Origin: Podarcis liolepis
Taxonomy: Eukaryota
Strand: one strand, 5' to 3'
Length of the DNA: 64,000 nt
Assembly: GCA_965112155.1 (NCBI GenBank)
Contig: OZ218108.1
The notes below the pieces were generated by a model, which did not search any database, was not told where the DNA came from, and saw only the letters and a list, made by a program, of their open reading frames with translations. Shown here one piece after another: positions 25,371 to 38,446 of this stretch (position 1 is the stretch's first letter; the number at the start of each line of letters is the position of its first letter). The translations under genes were made by a program, and so were the position numbers.

Positions 25371-27854
25371 TGCACAACCTTTTTTAAAGGTTGCAACCTG
25401 ATGATGCAAATATCTGCAAAACATCTGTAAGAAATATTTAAAATCTTACTCCATATTCTGCATAATTTCAGCTGTAGTTTACACTTGCCCGATCGCTAGA
25501 ATAGTACTTAGCAAACTGACATACCCCTTTCCCTGCTGGAAAAGAAAACTCCTGGTCATCTTAATCTGTGGTTCCAGCTAATTAATTCAGTGCCACATTC
25601 TTTGCAATTAATTTTGTGCTTCTATTATTTCTTTCAATATTTCCTTCAAGTTCTATGTCATTTGTTGTGCTCTTGACTTTCATTAAAAAAGCGCACAAAA
25701 ACCCCCAGCAACCAGACTCCCAACATCATGCAAGGGTAGATCATGAAGCTGTAGAAACTTGGCTGTTCCTTTTGAAGTCCATTGGGAACTTAAATGCTTT
25801 AATTGTGCGCGTAGATTCCATTGGTTTCAATGGCACTTGATTTTCTTTGCAATTTAAAGGGGTAGCAGGTGTTTTAACAACGAAAAAAGCCCTCTCTACT
25901 AAATATATATATTTTAAAAATATTATGATTTTTGGCCTAGCTTCTTGTTTTCTTGATGTCTGTCCAAATTTTTTGAGTGCTTCTACCTAAAACGTGTGCT
26001 GCTTGGAGCCTGTATAAAATGAGTCCACTTCAGATTTGGGCAACAGTTAAGGTAGTAGAGTGGAGGCACTTTATCCACATCATGTCGTGATCTTTCCAAT
26101 AACCCTCACACACCTTGTAAACACACTTGGCATGTAACAATACTACATAACACTATGTACCCAGCTGGCTTTAACAAGACAGCTGAATTTTCCTGCTCCG
26201 TGCTTAAATTCCTGCAGCCTGAGACTGCCACACTTTCAGGTGTTTTCTGTTGTGTTGCAAAGTAAGCACAGGACCACCAGGGATGGAGGGGAAACAAAAA
26301 GGATTTCTCCACCACTCGGAGCTGTGCTTGTGCAATATTTTATTCCCATTCCGTTTATTTCAAGATAAGAATTTTTAGCAGAGAAGTGTATTCATAAAAC
26401 ATGTTGCAATGCTTGATTTGCACTTGACTGGCTGGTCAAATGTTTGTTTGTTTTAATTCAATATTGCTTTATATTACAGACATGCCTCTGAACAGAAAAC
26501 CCACACCATATTTGGTGAATTGTATCACATACTGTACGATATTTTGCAGTGTCTCCCAACCTGTCTGTTGTGAACTGCAAGTGGACCGTGGGTTGCATAG
26601 TGTTTTCTTGGTTGCAATTAAAATGCATGAAATGGATGGCTGCCGAAGACTTGAGGTCCAAAAATCTTGCAACAATAAATCTATGGGTCACCATGCCAAG
26701 TAAATTTCATGCCAAAGGTGTTGGGAACTACCGATCTATAGCACAATAAACACTTTACATTGTACTTGACACTTGAAGGTGTGTTTCGTTCCCCCACTCC
26801 ATGACAACTGTAGATTATTCCTGGGAAGAAGAAAGGGAGGGGATTATCCATAGGGAAGTGGTTCCTAAGATTTTATTTTCTCCAGTAAAGGGATCATGCA
26901 GTAGGATTTTGCCTTTCCTTAGGAAGCATACCTGAAATGATAGTCACTTCCACTTTTGTACTGCTTCTGCTGTATCTTCTGGCCCTCCTGGCAATCCACT
27001 AATGTGTACAAGGTAGTCATGAGCCAGTGTTGGTGACCAGACCAACTGTGATAGGTTGATCCTAGTCAAGAAAGGTGTGGTGGGGGAGAGAATTGGACTA
27101 GATTTAAATGATCCATTGTTCTATGGCACAGCGACTTAATACAATCACTGTGCAGTGGGAGCCACAGAAACTAGGTCACTTTGAAGTGAAGAATGTCAAT
27201 GACTGCTTTCAAATATTGTGTTCTCTAGTCCACTATAACAACCCTGGTTTGGAATCCTGGTTAGGAAGAACGACTCAAGCTACAGTTGGCTGGTTTGGGT
27301 GTCACAGCAAATAGTGGTTTGACAAACCAGGAAATGTTCTATTAAGCCAGGAAGCAGGAACATGGACAGGGCTCATTGCTAATCCTCCGAACAATGACTG
27401 GCGCATTGGGGAACATGACTTCAAAAGGAACATTGATTCCAAGGCTATTTAATTTTCAACAGTCGATATCTTGAAGATTCTTAAAAAGCATGATGCATTT
27501 TGAACCATTCATATGACCCAATTCCTCATGGAAAAGCTTACCACTCTAGAAAGTTTTATGCTTGCTTTTATTGGAAAGCTTCAAGGATTCCAATTTTGCA
27601 AAACACGAAAAGTAAGAAACACAGACATGAAGAACTGTACAAGACAACACAGACAAGAGATAATGAAGGTTTGCCCTGTCCACATTAGAAAACAATTTCC
27701 CACAGCAAGGCATATAGGAACAATATAGGGGTAGGAGCATATCATTCTAGCTACTGGGCTCAGGATCTCAAGATGCCAAGTAATTTAAGGAAGGGCAGCT
27801 GCTCAAACTATTACAGTCCTAAACTAGGACCCCAATCCTGAAACACTAATAGTA

Positions 27855-28157
27855 AAAAGGTAAAGGACCCCTGGATGGTTAAGTCTAGTCAAAGGCGACC
27901 ATGGAGTGTGACATTCAACTTGCTTCAGGCTGAGGGAGCTGGTGTATGTCTACAGACAGCTTTCTGGGTCATGTGGCCAGTATGACTAAACCGCTTCTGG
28001 TGCAACGGAACATCTTGATGGAAGCCAGAGCACATGGAAACGCCATTTACCTTCCCGCCACAGCGGTACCTATTTATCTACTTGCACTGCTAAGTTGGCG
28101 GAAGCTGGGACAGAACAACGGGAGTTCACCCCTTTGTGGGGATTCGAACTGCCGACC
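27855..28157 (-). mobile_element. Sauria SINE, second subfamily, 5'-truncated
   Basis: AAAGGTAAAGGACCCCTGG...GGTACCTATTTATCTACTTGCAC...GGATTCGAAC; reverse match to 36916. Confidence 0.92.
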
Positions 28158-30889
28158 GTTGGAGGTAGTAATTGGAATTTTAATTTGGGCTTCCATACTG
28201 TTACAAGCATCATTTCAGTGTAGTATTTGTTCTGGGGTATTTGTACTTGTCACCATTCCTCCCCCCGCCCCCGTGTTCTCCTATTCAGACAAGTGGAGGA
28301 AGTAGTATAAAATAAGAATCCAGTTACAACCCACCCAATCTAAAATATCTTGACTTAGATTTTATGGCGCAATCTCTTTATAGTTGAAACACACAGGAAG
28401 GACTGACGTCAATCATCTTGATAGGCTAGTGAGTCTTTTGAAACAGTTTGTCAGTGGAACACTTTTTAAGCAAGAGGTGATTGCAGCATGCAGTGGAATT
28501 ATGTGCTAAAGGATGTGCTCAAAGACGCATCAACTGACTAGGCATTTTTGCCCACAGTCCTTGTGCAATTCACTCACAACACAGAGAGAAAGATCACAAA
28601 CACTATTTCATTTAAACTGCATATCTTTTGGGAACTAATCATTTTTTGCCCTGAAGCCACCATGAAGGCATTTTAAGCTGAAAGGTGGGATATCAGCGTT
28701 TTATAGAAAATAAATGTTACTCTCTTAGCCCTTGCACGATTTAATTGCTACATTTCCAACACTCATGAGGCTGCAGTCCTATGTGCGCTTAGGTGCTAGC
28801 TCTCTCCATTGCACCTCTGGCAGAGCTCACAGCCTCATCCGAATGGTGGAGTACTTGGATCAGCTAGCATGTCTTGTTTCAAACAGTTCAAACACCAAGA
28901 AACATACAAGTTGTTTGTTTCCAGTATTGCTTATTCAGAGGTATACATGGAGGTTCTATATTTTATTTTTACTTAGAGCTATGGATAGACCTCTCTGAGT
29001 GCTGATCCAGTGATCTCAGCAAGTGTTCAAAGGTACAGGTTTGTTGCTGCAACATCAAGCTTCCTAAAAAGATTGCCACTGAATTTTATTGCAGTTCTTA
29101 ATAAAGAACACATATTTAGAGATTATGGTTGTGATGTATATAAACACAGTATCTGTGCAAAGCAGAGATCAATAACACAATTTATTGATGATGTTTGCTC
29201 ACAAGAAAGTTACTTCGGTTATATATTTCTGGCAGTTAAGATGTTCACTAATTGCTGGCAGCTATGACAGTAGCCTTTGTTACTCTGTTCAGCAAAATCT
29301 AGGTATTTCATTTGGGCAGCTTTGAGAAGTTTCATGCCAGAAAGATGCATGTAAATATGTGGAAGCCTCCATCTAAAAACAGTGCATATTATAAGTTGCC
29401 TAATCATAAAATCAGTTGCCTTGGTAGTACTCCAGTGGAAGAACTTGGAAGATCAGAGCAACATTTCTGCTTTCTCCGGTGGAAAAGATGGGGGGAGGGA
29501 TTTGATCAGTGGGATCTATTTAATGTCACCAGCATCTTCATCATCAAAACATGTCATCTGTGGTCATTTCCACTATTCTGTTGGACCATCTACTTTTTAA
29601 AATAAAAGCCAAATGATGCCCAGGATTAATCCATGATTATACCCTAAAAGAACGGCTAGCAGGCAAATAATGGGACTACTTATCCATTATGTTCAATGTT
29701 CAAAGTATGCAATTAAGGGAAATTAATTCATTGTTGATATTTTTTTAATAGTGAGATTTAATCTTGTAGCTCAACCATGAGGTATTGCAACTGTGGAGAG
29801 GGAGTGAGGAGAAGAATTAAAATAATTATCATTGACATTAATACACAATAGCTTGCTCCATCATGATGCATTTTAAGGTAATGTCAATGAGAGGGAAAAC
29901 CCTCTGAAATAGTATGTACCCACTTAGTAAAATTTTGTTGAAGAACATGGACGTCTGATGGGTTACCTGAAAACACTCTAAATAGGGGTTGTTTGGGTTG
30001 TGTTTTTTTAAGCACTTCATGCCTTGACATTCTGTTTCCACCATTAAGAGATACTATCTACCCAACGCCAATCATCTTTTGCATCAGGGCAACAGCAGAT
30101 TTTGCTCCAGAATCCCGAATAAATTCAGTATCACACTGAACCTAATAATTGCAAACACATGTTTTATCCCTTTGTCTGTCTCATTCACGTATAGAATGGG
30201 GATAGGTGTTTTTTGGTTTTGCATTGAAAATGTGCATATGTTTGAAGGAACTAAACTGTTGCCTCTTCATGTTCTTAGCACTGGGGGAAATGTGGAATTA
30301 AGGCTGTGAAATATTAAGTTTTCCTAACCTGTGTGCCCCTTTCTAATGTGAAAAATGAGTTCCCTGCTTTACATGAGAATGGGGTTGACACAGGGACAAA
30401 ATATGGGTATCTTTGTTGTGTTGCGTTTGGCTCTCAGAATACAGCTGCTTCAGTAGGTATAACTCTGGGGAAAACCATGCATTATAGTTAATTCAAGTCT
30501 TTCCCCCCCCCCTTAATTTATTAGAGATGAAGGGAGAAGAACTATTATCCTAACAGCAGTATATAAGGAGGGGAGGTTTACTTCTTTCCTCCCCCAGCTG
30601 TGATCAAGGTGAAAAAACCCCTCCCTCAATGCAGCTATGGGACTTAATGAATAGGTCCCCTTTAGCATCAATAGTAACTTTCTTACTTTCTTTTTACTAA
30701 GCCCCTTAGTCATGGGGTGGGGGTGTGTGGATGGGGGACAGCAGAATTTCCATGTCTATTGTGGCTGGGGAATGGAGGGATAAACCTTCCCCACCTTCTC
30801 ACTGTAGTCTGTATAACAATTTGGCCAACGCAAAGCAGAAGGCATAGGTGCATCCTATGCACTAAGTGTGTTATATACTCTGTCCCTAT

Positions 30890-31220
30890 GTGTTCAACTT
30901 CAGAGGCCATGCCTCAGGTGGCTCGTGTCAGCTGTGGCTTGGTGAATATCTATCAGGGGAAAGGCCTTTTCAGTTGTGGTGTTCATCTAGTATAAAATGC
31001 CCTTCCCAGGGAATTAAATAGGTTCCAGTATTATATGAGCCCAGCTATCATATGGCTCCAGGCAACAGGCTAAATCCTGAGTCGCCTTTTGGCTAGGTTG
31101 AAAGTTGGATTTTTATTCCAGCTTTGTTTGCTGCTTTCTGTGTTTTGGCTGATTGCTGTGGATTTTATGGGTATTATTTGATTGTAATTTCTTTTGATTT
31201 TTTGTTTACTTGTTTCAGTG
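30890..31220 (+). mobile_element. Degraded L2 3' fragment
   Basis: AGGCCTTTTCAGTTGTGG...AATGCCCTTCCCAGGGA followed by T-rich 3' UTR. Confidence 0.55.
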
Positions 31221-31237
31221 ATGTGGTATCCAATGCC

Positions 31238-31366
31238 NNNNNNNNNNNNNNNNNNNNNNNNNNNNNNNNNNNNNNNNNNNNNNNNNNNNNNNNNNNNNNN
31301 NNNNNNNNNNNNNNNNNNNNNNNNNNNNNNNNNNNNNNNNNNNNNNNNNNNNNNNNNNNNNNNNNN
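31238..31366. other. N-run (129 bp)
   Basis: Run of N. Confidence 0.99.
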
Positions 31367-31499
31367 TGAGAGCAGAGCTTGACATCTCTACATGTTTGTT
31401 TCCTTGTTGAATTAATCACAATGCAATCTCAGGGTAGGTCACAGCAAAATACACTAACAAAAAACCAAATAAAAATACTGCACAGACATTTCACTTGCA

Positions 31500-32490
31500 T
31501 AAAAGAAATGTTTGCAGCTAATGTTGAAAACTAGCAAGTGTTGGCGCTAGGCTGGGGGAAGAGTGTTCCAAAATTGAATTGCCACCACTGAGAAGGCCCT
31601 TTTAAAACTTCCAGCTGCCTTGGCCTCCTTTGATGATGGCATAGCCAAAAGGAGCTGCTTTATATGGGCAGGAGAGTATAGTAGGAGATGTTGCTTTAGC
31701 AAGGTTCCAAACAGTTTACAGATTTATCCGTCAGGGCATCTTACATTGGGCTCGATAACAAACAGGCAGCCAGTACAGATCTTGAAGAACCGATGTTAGG
31801 CTGTCTCATCCAACCATACTTGTCGCAACTTTGTGGCTGCATTTTGCAATAGCTGCAACCTACAACCCTTCATTGAGGGTAGCCCCACATAGAGTGCATT
31901 ACAATAATCTTAACCTGAAGGACATTGATCATTGTGGCCAGACTATCCCTATCTAAGTATGGTCGTAGCTAGTGAAACAGATGTAGATGGATATCATCAC
32001 TTGTGGCCAGTTAGGCCTGCACTGAAGGTGAAATCAAGGGGTACACCCATCCTATGCACCTTTTCCTTCAGAGGGAATGGAGTGCTGTGCAGAGTAAGAC
32101 GCTCCCCTAACTTCTGGACCCCCAGAATCTCTTGTCGAGATTCAGTTTCAGTTTATTGGTCCTCATGCTGCCCACCATCTGTTTCAGGCACAAATGAAGC
32201 ACCTGGAAAGCTTTCCCTTCCTCTAGTGGAAAAGAGAGACAGAGCTAGGAGCTATCAGCATCACCATGCCCCAAATGCTTTTTTTTAAAAAAATGATATT
32301 TTGCACAAGGGACAAGATAGATCTACAGGACCACACAGTGTAACTGCCAAGGGACCAAGCTGGAAGTCCTCATCCTGGAACTGGTTCTGTGGGTATGAGT
32401 AGAACCACACTGGTACCCATGCCTTCAACTCCCAACCCATAGAGCCAGTTTGGAAAGTTTGTCGTATCAAAGGTGCTGCATAGAGATCAG
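31500..32490 (-). mobile_element. Degraded L2 LINE ORF2 (RT and C-terminus)
   Basis: GGGTAGCCCCACATAGAGTGCATTACAATAATC encodes DYCNALYVGLP on the minus strand; GCCACCACTGAGAAGGCCC encodes AFSVVA. Confidence 0.8.
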
Positions 32491-33699
32491 GGAGAATTGG
32501 AAGTTAGTGTGGAATAATCACAAAGTTTAATTGTACGTGTTACTCATGTGTAAGGCAATCCAGAGGAGAACAGAGGAGAACAGGAAATGCAGCTATACCC
32601 ATGGTCCCATAGTCATGCAAACTAGCTAGTCCTGCCCCTTACAAAAGAGTTTATGCAGTAGCAGCTACCTGTTTCACTATAGGTGCACTGCAACTGGGAG
32701 TCTAAATTGCATGGAACACCTGTTCACAAGCAGCTGCTTACTTTGTAAGCTTTTTCTGTTGCTTGGGACTTTGGAGGTGATGCTACCTGATGCACGTGAC
32801 GTTGACAGAACCATTGTATGACAAATCTTATTTGTAGACTATAGCCCTAGATATGTTTATCAGATAGTAAGCCTCCACTATATACTGTATATTGTTTTTG
32901 AGTTAGCACAGTTAGGATCGCATGGGGTTGATATGCATTCTGGAGTTCCATGTAAGATTCTATGGGAGGAAGAGATCTGTGCACCACTCATAAATGACGC
33001 ATACTGGAGTATTTGTGTAGTAGAGTAGATAGGGTGCCACTTTCATTTCCCCCATGAATTCTTTGCAGGAGAAAAGAGAAAAGTGTTGCTAAAAGCTAGA
33101 CTGGTCCACTCACTTCCCATGCCTCCCAATGCCCACAAGCAATAAGATGTGATAGGCAAGTTAGCATTGCTGCATTCACTCCTTGCTGTATTGTGAACAA
33201 TTCCCCACCGAAGAAAAATAAAATAAATGAATGATGCTTTTGACTGTGCTTGAAAGAAAGCTGCTTGTCAAAACTTATTCTTGCAGGCTGTCTCCTACAA
33301 CAGGATAGCAAACGGGTAGCCCAGGCCTTTATGGCAATGACTCTGCGCGGGAGAAATCTAGAAGGCATCCACCTTTCAGTGCCATGCAAGCCCTCCCCCC
33401 CTTCTTTAAGCCCCAAGGCCATTCTCCTTTCTTCCCTGCATAAGAAGAGAGGAACATATGGCCTAGAGTCACTATAGATCACATAGGTTTGTGATGGCAG
33501 TGTAGAACTGCAGCTGTTTGAGTGCAAGAATGCCCAAACATGTATTCAACTTACAAACATTTGGCAAGTGTTCAGAAAAAGAGCGTAATCTGGTTTCATC
33601 TAAGACTCATCCCCCCCCACCGCTCTGTTCTACATCCCCATGAAATAGTGTTTGATATCTGATCACAATTTAATAGAAGTGACAGAGAAAAAGTGGGGG

Positions 33700-34340
33700 T
33701 AGGGGGTGAGAAAGAGAGAGGGAGTGAGTTTTGGGAAGTCCAGCCAAAGGGACTTTCCACAGAAACGTTTTCCCTATCCTGCTTTTAAAAAAAATAAAAA
33801 TAAAATACTCATTTCTTTTAACAGATTGTACCATTCAAGGTCATTTACCTTTCTCGTTAATTAATTATTCATTCAGAAAGCCACCACTCATCCCATTTTA
33901 ATCTTAGTCATATCTGTAATTAAGCTTAAACATAATAGTTTTGGAGGTGGAAAATATATTTTCCACTAATGTTTAAAAACCTGTATGTGTGTTTGTACGT
34001 GCCTGTGTATGTAAAATTAAAGTGCAGCAGTTAGCTGAAAACAATCATTTTCATTGGTGGAGAAAAGTTTCATAATATATGAGAGTAAATCCCCTCCCCC
34101 TTTTAAAGTGCATTGATAATTAATTTTTTTTTAAAGCAAACAAATAAATGGAATCTCCTCCTTAATTCATGGTTTCATTTTCTCAGCTAGGATTTGGTTA
34201 CTAGTGCATTTTTTTTAATGAAAAGGTATCATGTGCATTTATATGACAAAAACAACCAAATCTGAAGGAAAGGGGATGGGGGGGGGGAGAGATTCATACA
34301 TGAAAGACACAATTTGCATTCAGTTCATCCCCAGCTTTAC
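33700..34340. promoter_or_regulatory. Candidate intronic enhancer with a canonical NF-kB site
   Basis: GGGACTTTCC at 33749-33758, kB-like GGGAAGTCC at 33733-33741, then a TE-free block rich in TAATTA. Confidence 0.4.
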
Positions 34341-35044
34341 AAAGAGGATTTTGGAATGAATCTGGCATTGGGGGTCTCTTGTTGAGATCGAGTTTCCTGC
34401 TGTGGAATGTGCTTTGACCCGAATGTGGAACTCTTACTTGGGAAAGTGAGTGTGTCATTCGTGTTTGTTGTAAACTGTGGAGGATTATAGAGACTATCAC
34501 TAACTAACACAGGTTTCATAATGATTGGGTATGTAGCACCTGCAGTAAACAGATGATGCTACAGTATTGACCAATTGCGTTAGGTATTATTCTTCATGTT
34601 ACCATCTTCTTGTCTTTTATGAAGAGGACCTGGAAGCTTAGCCATGTTCTCCTAGGGGTCCTTCTGCAGTGCCTAGTAGTGTTGAGGCTGAGATCTGCCC
34701 TCTTGTATGCCACGCACACTGGTGTGCATCAATAAAGAAAGAAAGAGAATGAGGATAATTTGAGATTATTTCTGTCTGCATGGATTACAAATGGTGGTAA
34801 CTGCTTCAAGATGACCAAAGCAATCACTTGGAACCAAAGACCCCATGAAATGAATTCTGCTCACAAGAACCTATCACTGGCAGAATACAGGGAAGGTGAT
34901 TCTTGCTAATTCTCCCTCCCTCTTGTCCCTCCTGAAAATAGGCTCTGGGAGATTGAGGGACCCTTTGTAACAGCATGAGAGGTGCTGTTCCCTCTGAAAA
35001 TGGAATGAGCCCCTTCCAATAATAGAAAGGCAGCTCAAGATCTA

Positions 35045-35213
35045 CCGTATTTTTCACTCTATAACACGCACCCGACCATAACACGCACATAGTTTTTAGA
35101 GGAGGAAAATCCGTAGGCATGCCGCCCGTAGGCATTCCCTCCATAACACGCACAGACATTTCCCCTTACTTTCTAGGAGGAAAAAAGTGAGTGTTATGGT
35201 GCAAAAAATACGG
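35045..35213. mobile_element. Tc1/mariner-superfamily (pogo/Tc2-like) MITE, 169 bp
   Basis: TIRs CCGTATTTTT...AAAAATACGG, TA on both sides (35043-44, 35214-15), internal ATAACACGCAC repeats. Confidence 0.92.
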
Positions 35214-35314
35214 TAGTTTCTCTTTACATTTCTAAAGAGATTTCCAATTTCACCTTTTGAATTTAAAAGTCCTCAAAAAGCCATTTCGATTAATTTAAAA
35301 CGTTTGAAAGAGAA

Positions 35315-35660
35315 ATATAATCTGAGGCCCTTCTTTATGTGTGTGCCTCATCCAATAGAGGTCTGGAGGATGGCAATGCAAGAATGGGTCTTTTCTGTGG
35401 TGCCTCCCCATTTGTGGAATGCTTTCCTGAGGGATGTTCACCTGGTGCCTTCATTACATAGCTTTAAGCAACAGGTGAAAACATTTCTCTGTGATCAGGC
35501 CATTAACATTTGATGGCCTTTTAAATATGTTTGTGGGAGGGGGTTATTGGGTTTGTTTTTGTTTTATTGTGTATTTTGTTTTCTCATTTTGTATTTTTAT
35601 GTTGTGAACCACCCTGTGATCTTCAGATGATGGGAGGTATAAAAATTTAATAAATAATAT
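35315..35660 (+). mobile_element. L2 LINE 3' end
   Basis: FSVVPPHLWNAFLRDV...FKQQVKTFL C-terminal motif, T-rich UTR, ...GGAGGTATAAAAATTTAATAAATAAT tail. Confidence 0.85.
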
Positions 35661-36915
35661 ATTTTTTTAAAAAGAAAGGTGTGCTGGTTGCAATTAAAAG
35701 CCCAAGTGAACGAGCCAAACTACATTCACCTGGCACTTAAAAGATAACAAAGGCATCTCCAGGTAAATGTATCCGGGGAATTAGCCACCAACCTTATTTC
35801 AGAAGGTGAGGGCACATGGAAAAGTAGCTCTGAAGGTTATCCGAGTTGCTGGGCACAATTTATTTGGGTGACGTCAATCCTTCAGGCTGCTTAGCATGTT
35901 TTAGATAGAACCAACCATTTAAATTTAGTCATAGTATGCGTAAGACTGGTTTTTGGTTTGGATCGTGGCAGTAATTTTTAATAAAGATTTCTGCCCCCAC
36001 CCCTCTTCAACCTGGACCCTTGGAACTGCACAACTTGTTTTGCATGTTCAAGGGAGTTTTTAGATTTTCTTAAATATTTACTGCATATGCAAATGTGTAC
36101 AGGGTTTCAAAAGAAATTTGTGATATGGGGTTCTGGCATTCAAGCGGAGGGGAGATAAAATTTCTGATAGCTTGGATACATCTAAGCCTATTTCTGTTAG
36201 GTTTTGTAATGTTTTCTTTATCTTGACTGCATATTGGTGGTACACAGTGATATCCTTGAAATGATAGCAGGTGCAACCCTTGTAGCCTTATCAGAGTACG
36301 TACAAGAGAGAAAATGGGCATCTCAAAAGGTTCACTTCCGAATAAATCTACAGTAGTAGATTTATTAGCTATAAAATGTTTTATTTACTTTTTTAGGTTC
36401 AGAAAGTCCAAATGTTACGTGGTGGCCTCATGATTTCCCAGTCTTCCCTTTCCTCAACTACAAGATGTTAGCACTGGCTGAACAATAGTAAATGCCTGTT
36501 GTTCTATTTACAAGTATCTCAGAATGAGTAGATATATATTTATCTTGGTTCTCCCCAGTGGAGTACTTAGAGAAGCCCCCATAAGAGCACGTAAAAGGAT
36601 GTTTTGTTGCCTCAGAAGAATGACTTAGCTGTTCCAATGAAAAACAAAGGCTTAAATAAAGGCAAAATTAGAGGCGCTTATGTGACAAGCTGGAGGGGAG
36701 AGCCAGCAGTGTTTTGTGGTAGGCATTTACTTGGTGCAATTGCTGGCATGCCTGATTAATGTATATTCACATATTGAAAAATGCACGTTTGTTGCTTTTT
36801 GTACACATTTCAAAGTGTTTTTAGACTATTGCGTCATCTTGTCTGAAGCTACAGTTCTAACAGTCCTGCAGTCCTAGTCTCACCCTACATCACTGGGGCT
36901 TACTTTGAAGTAAAA

Positions 36916-37290
36916 GGAACGCAGGTGGCGCTGTGGTCTAAACCACTGAGGCTCTTGGGCTTGCTGATCAGAAGGTTGGTGGTTCGAATCCCCACGACAG
37001 GGCGAACTCCCGTTGCTCGTCCCAGCTTCAACCTAGCAGTTCAAAAGCATGCAGGTGCAAGTAGATAAATAGGTACCGCTGCAGTGGGAAGGTAAACGGC
37101 GTTTCCATGCGCTCTGGTTTCCGTTGTGGTATTTCGTTGCGCCAGAAGCGGTTTAGTCCTGCTGGCCACATGACCTGGAAAGCTGTCTGTGGACAAACGC
37201 CGGCTCCCTCAGCCTGAAGCGAGATGAGTGCCGTACCCCATAGTTGCCTTAGACTGGACTTAACCTTCCAGGGGTCCTTTACCTTTTGCC
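36916..37290 (+). mobile_element. Sauria SINE, second subfamily, full length
   Basis: Complete head, core and ACCTTT tail; 11-bp TSD TACTTTGAAGT (36901-36911 / 37291-37301). Confidence 0.95.
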
Positions 37291-37426
37291 TACTTTGAAG
37301 TGCACTTCGGTGGCTGTGTTTTTTCTGGCAGTACCGCAGGCCCATAGTTTGTGATGGGCTTCCCTATTGCCACCTTCACGATTCCAGCATGCCTTGTAAT
37401 TTTGAAAACTGAAATGCTTTGCCCTC

Positions 37427-37572
37427 AGAATCATAGAATCGTAGAGTTGGAAGAGGGTACGAGGGTCATGTAGCCCAACCCCCTGCAATGCAGGAATCTT
37501 GCCCAACGAGGGACTTGAACCCACAACCCTGAGATTAAGAGCTTCATGCTCTACTGACTGAGCTATGTCAGC
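37427..37572 (-). mobile_element. tRNA-Lys(CTT)-derived SINE with CR1 3' tail
   Basis: Minus strand reads TAGCTCAGTCAGTAGAGCATGAAGCTCTTAATCTCAGGGTTGTGGGTTCAAGTCCCTCGTTGGGC, then AAGATTCCTGCATTGCAGGGGGTTGG...CTTCCAACTCTACGATTCTATGATTCT. Confidence 0.9.
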
Positions 37573-38446
37573 ATTGAAGTTGTGGACTGTGCTAAAGGTA
37601 AAGAATAACAACAGTTCCAACTAAATCGAGTCAAATAGTGGATTTGTACCATTTTGGTTTCCAATTATTTCTGACCTGTTCCTAGTTACATTAAAACTTA
37701 GTGCTGAGGTACAGAGACAAGAAACAAACAAACAGCCAGATAGGAAACATCATACTGTGAATATATTGAGAGACAATTGGTTAATTTTTTATATATTCTA
37801 TCAGTTTAATTGTTCCTTATAGTTGTTGTTAAGATATGTAGCTCATTCCAGTAGGTGCCCCATACTTAAATGTAGTATGTCTGATTTTGTATCTGAATTC
37901 CATACCTTTTATAAAATATGTATTAGTAAGAGGTTGGTAATACTTAGTCGTTGATTCTGGCTTGATCTCTTGACTTAGGAAATCTGCTGCTTCTCCCAGG
38001 ATACTTATGAAAGATTTAAAACTTTGGTGGGGAAAAGTTTGCAATATTTATTTTTAACTGTGTGCAACATATTCTGAACACTCCACCCCCCTTTTTTTGG
38101 TCAAAAGCAAAAAAAGTGGTCTACAGGGAAATAACCTTATCAGCTGTTAATTATTTACCAAACAATTTGTGATTTTAATGCTCTGCAATTTTCAGAGTCA
38201 TGTGTAGGTGGGTTTTTTTAATCTCGCTTTTGCAATAAGTTAGAAACTGAAGACTACCACATAAAATTATGAAAGTAGCTGATGATGCACTACCAATTTA
38301 CCAGTTGCACATCTAGGAAAAGAAACGAATATGCATCCCCAAGAAGAAAAAAAGTTATATTTGGATTTTATTTTTATTTTACAAAGTATTTTCCAGCTCA
38401 TGGGTCATATTTGACCAACTGCTTTCAGACGAAGACATGGCACTTT

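Noticed and set aside
37500-37572. Functional tRNA-Lys gene
   Set aside because: Acceptor and anticodon stems are mismatched, the B box shows CpG decay, and it runs into a CR1 tail instead of an oligo-T terminator
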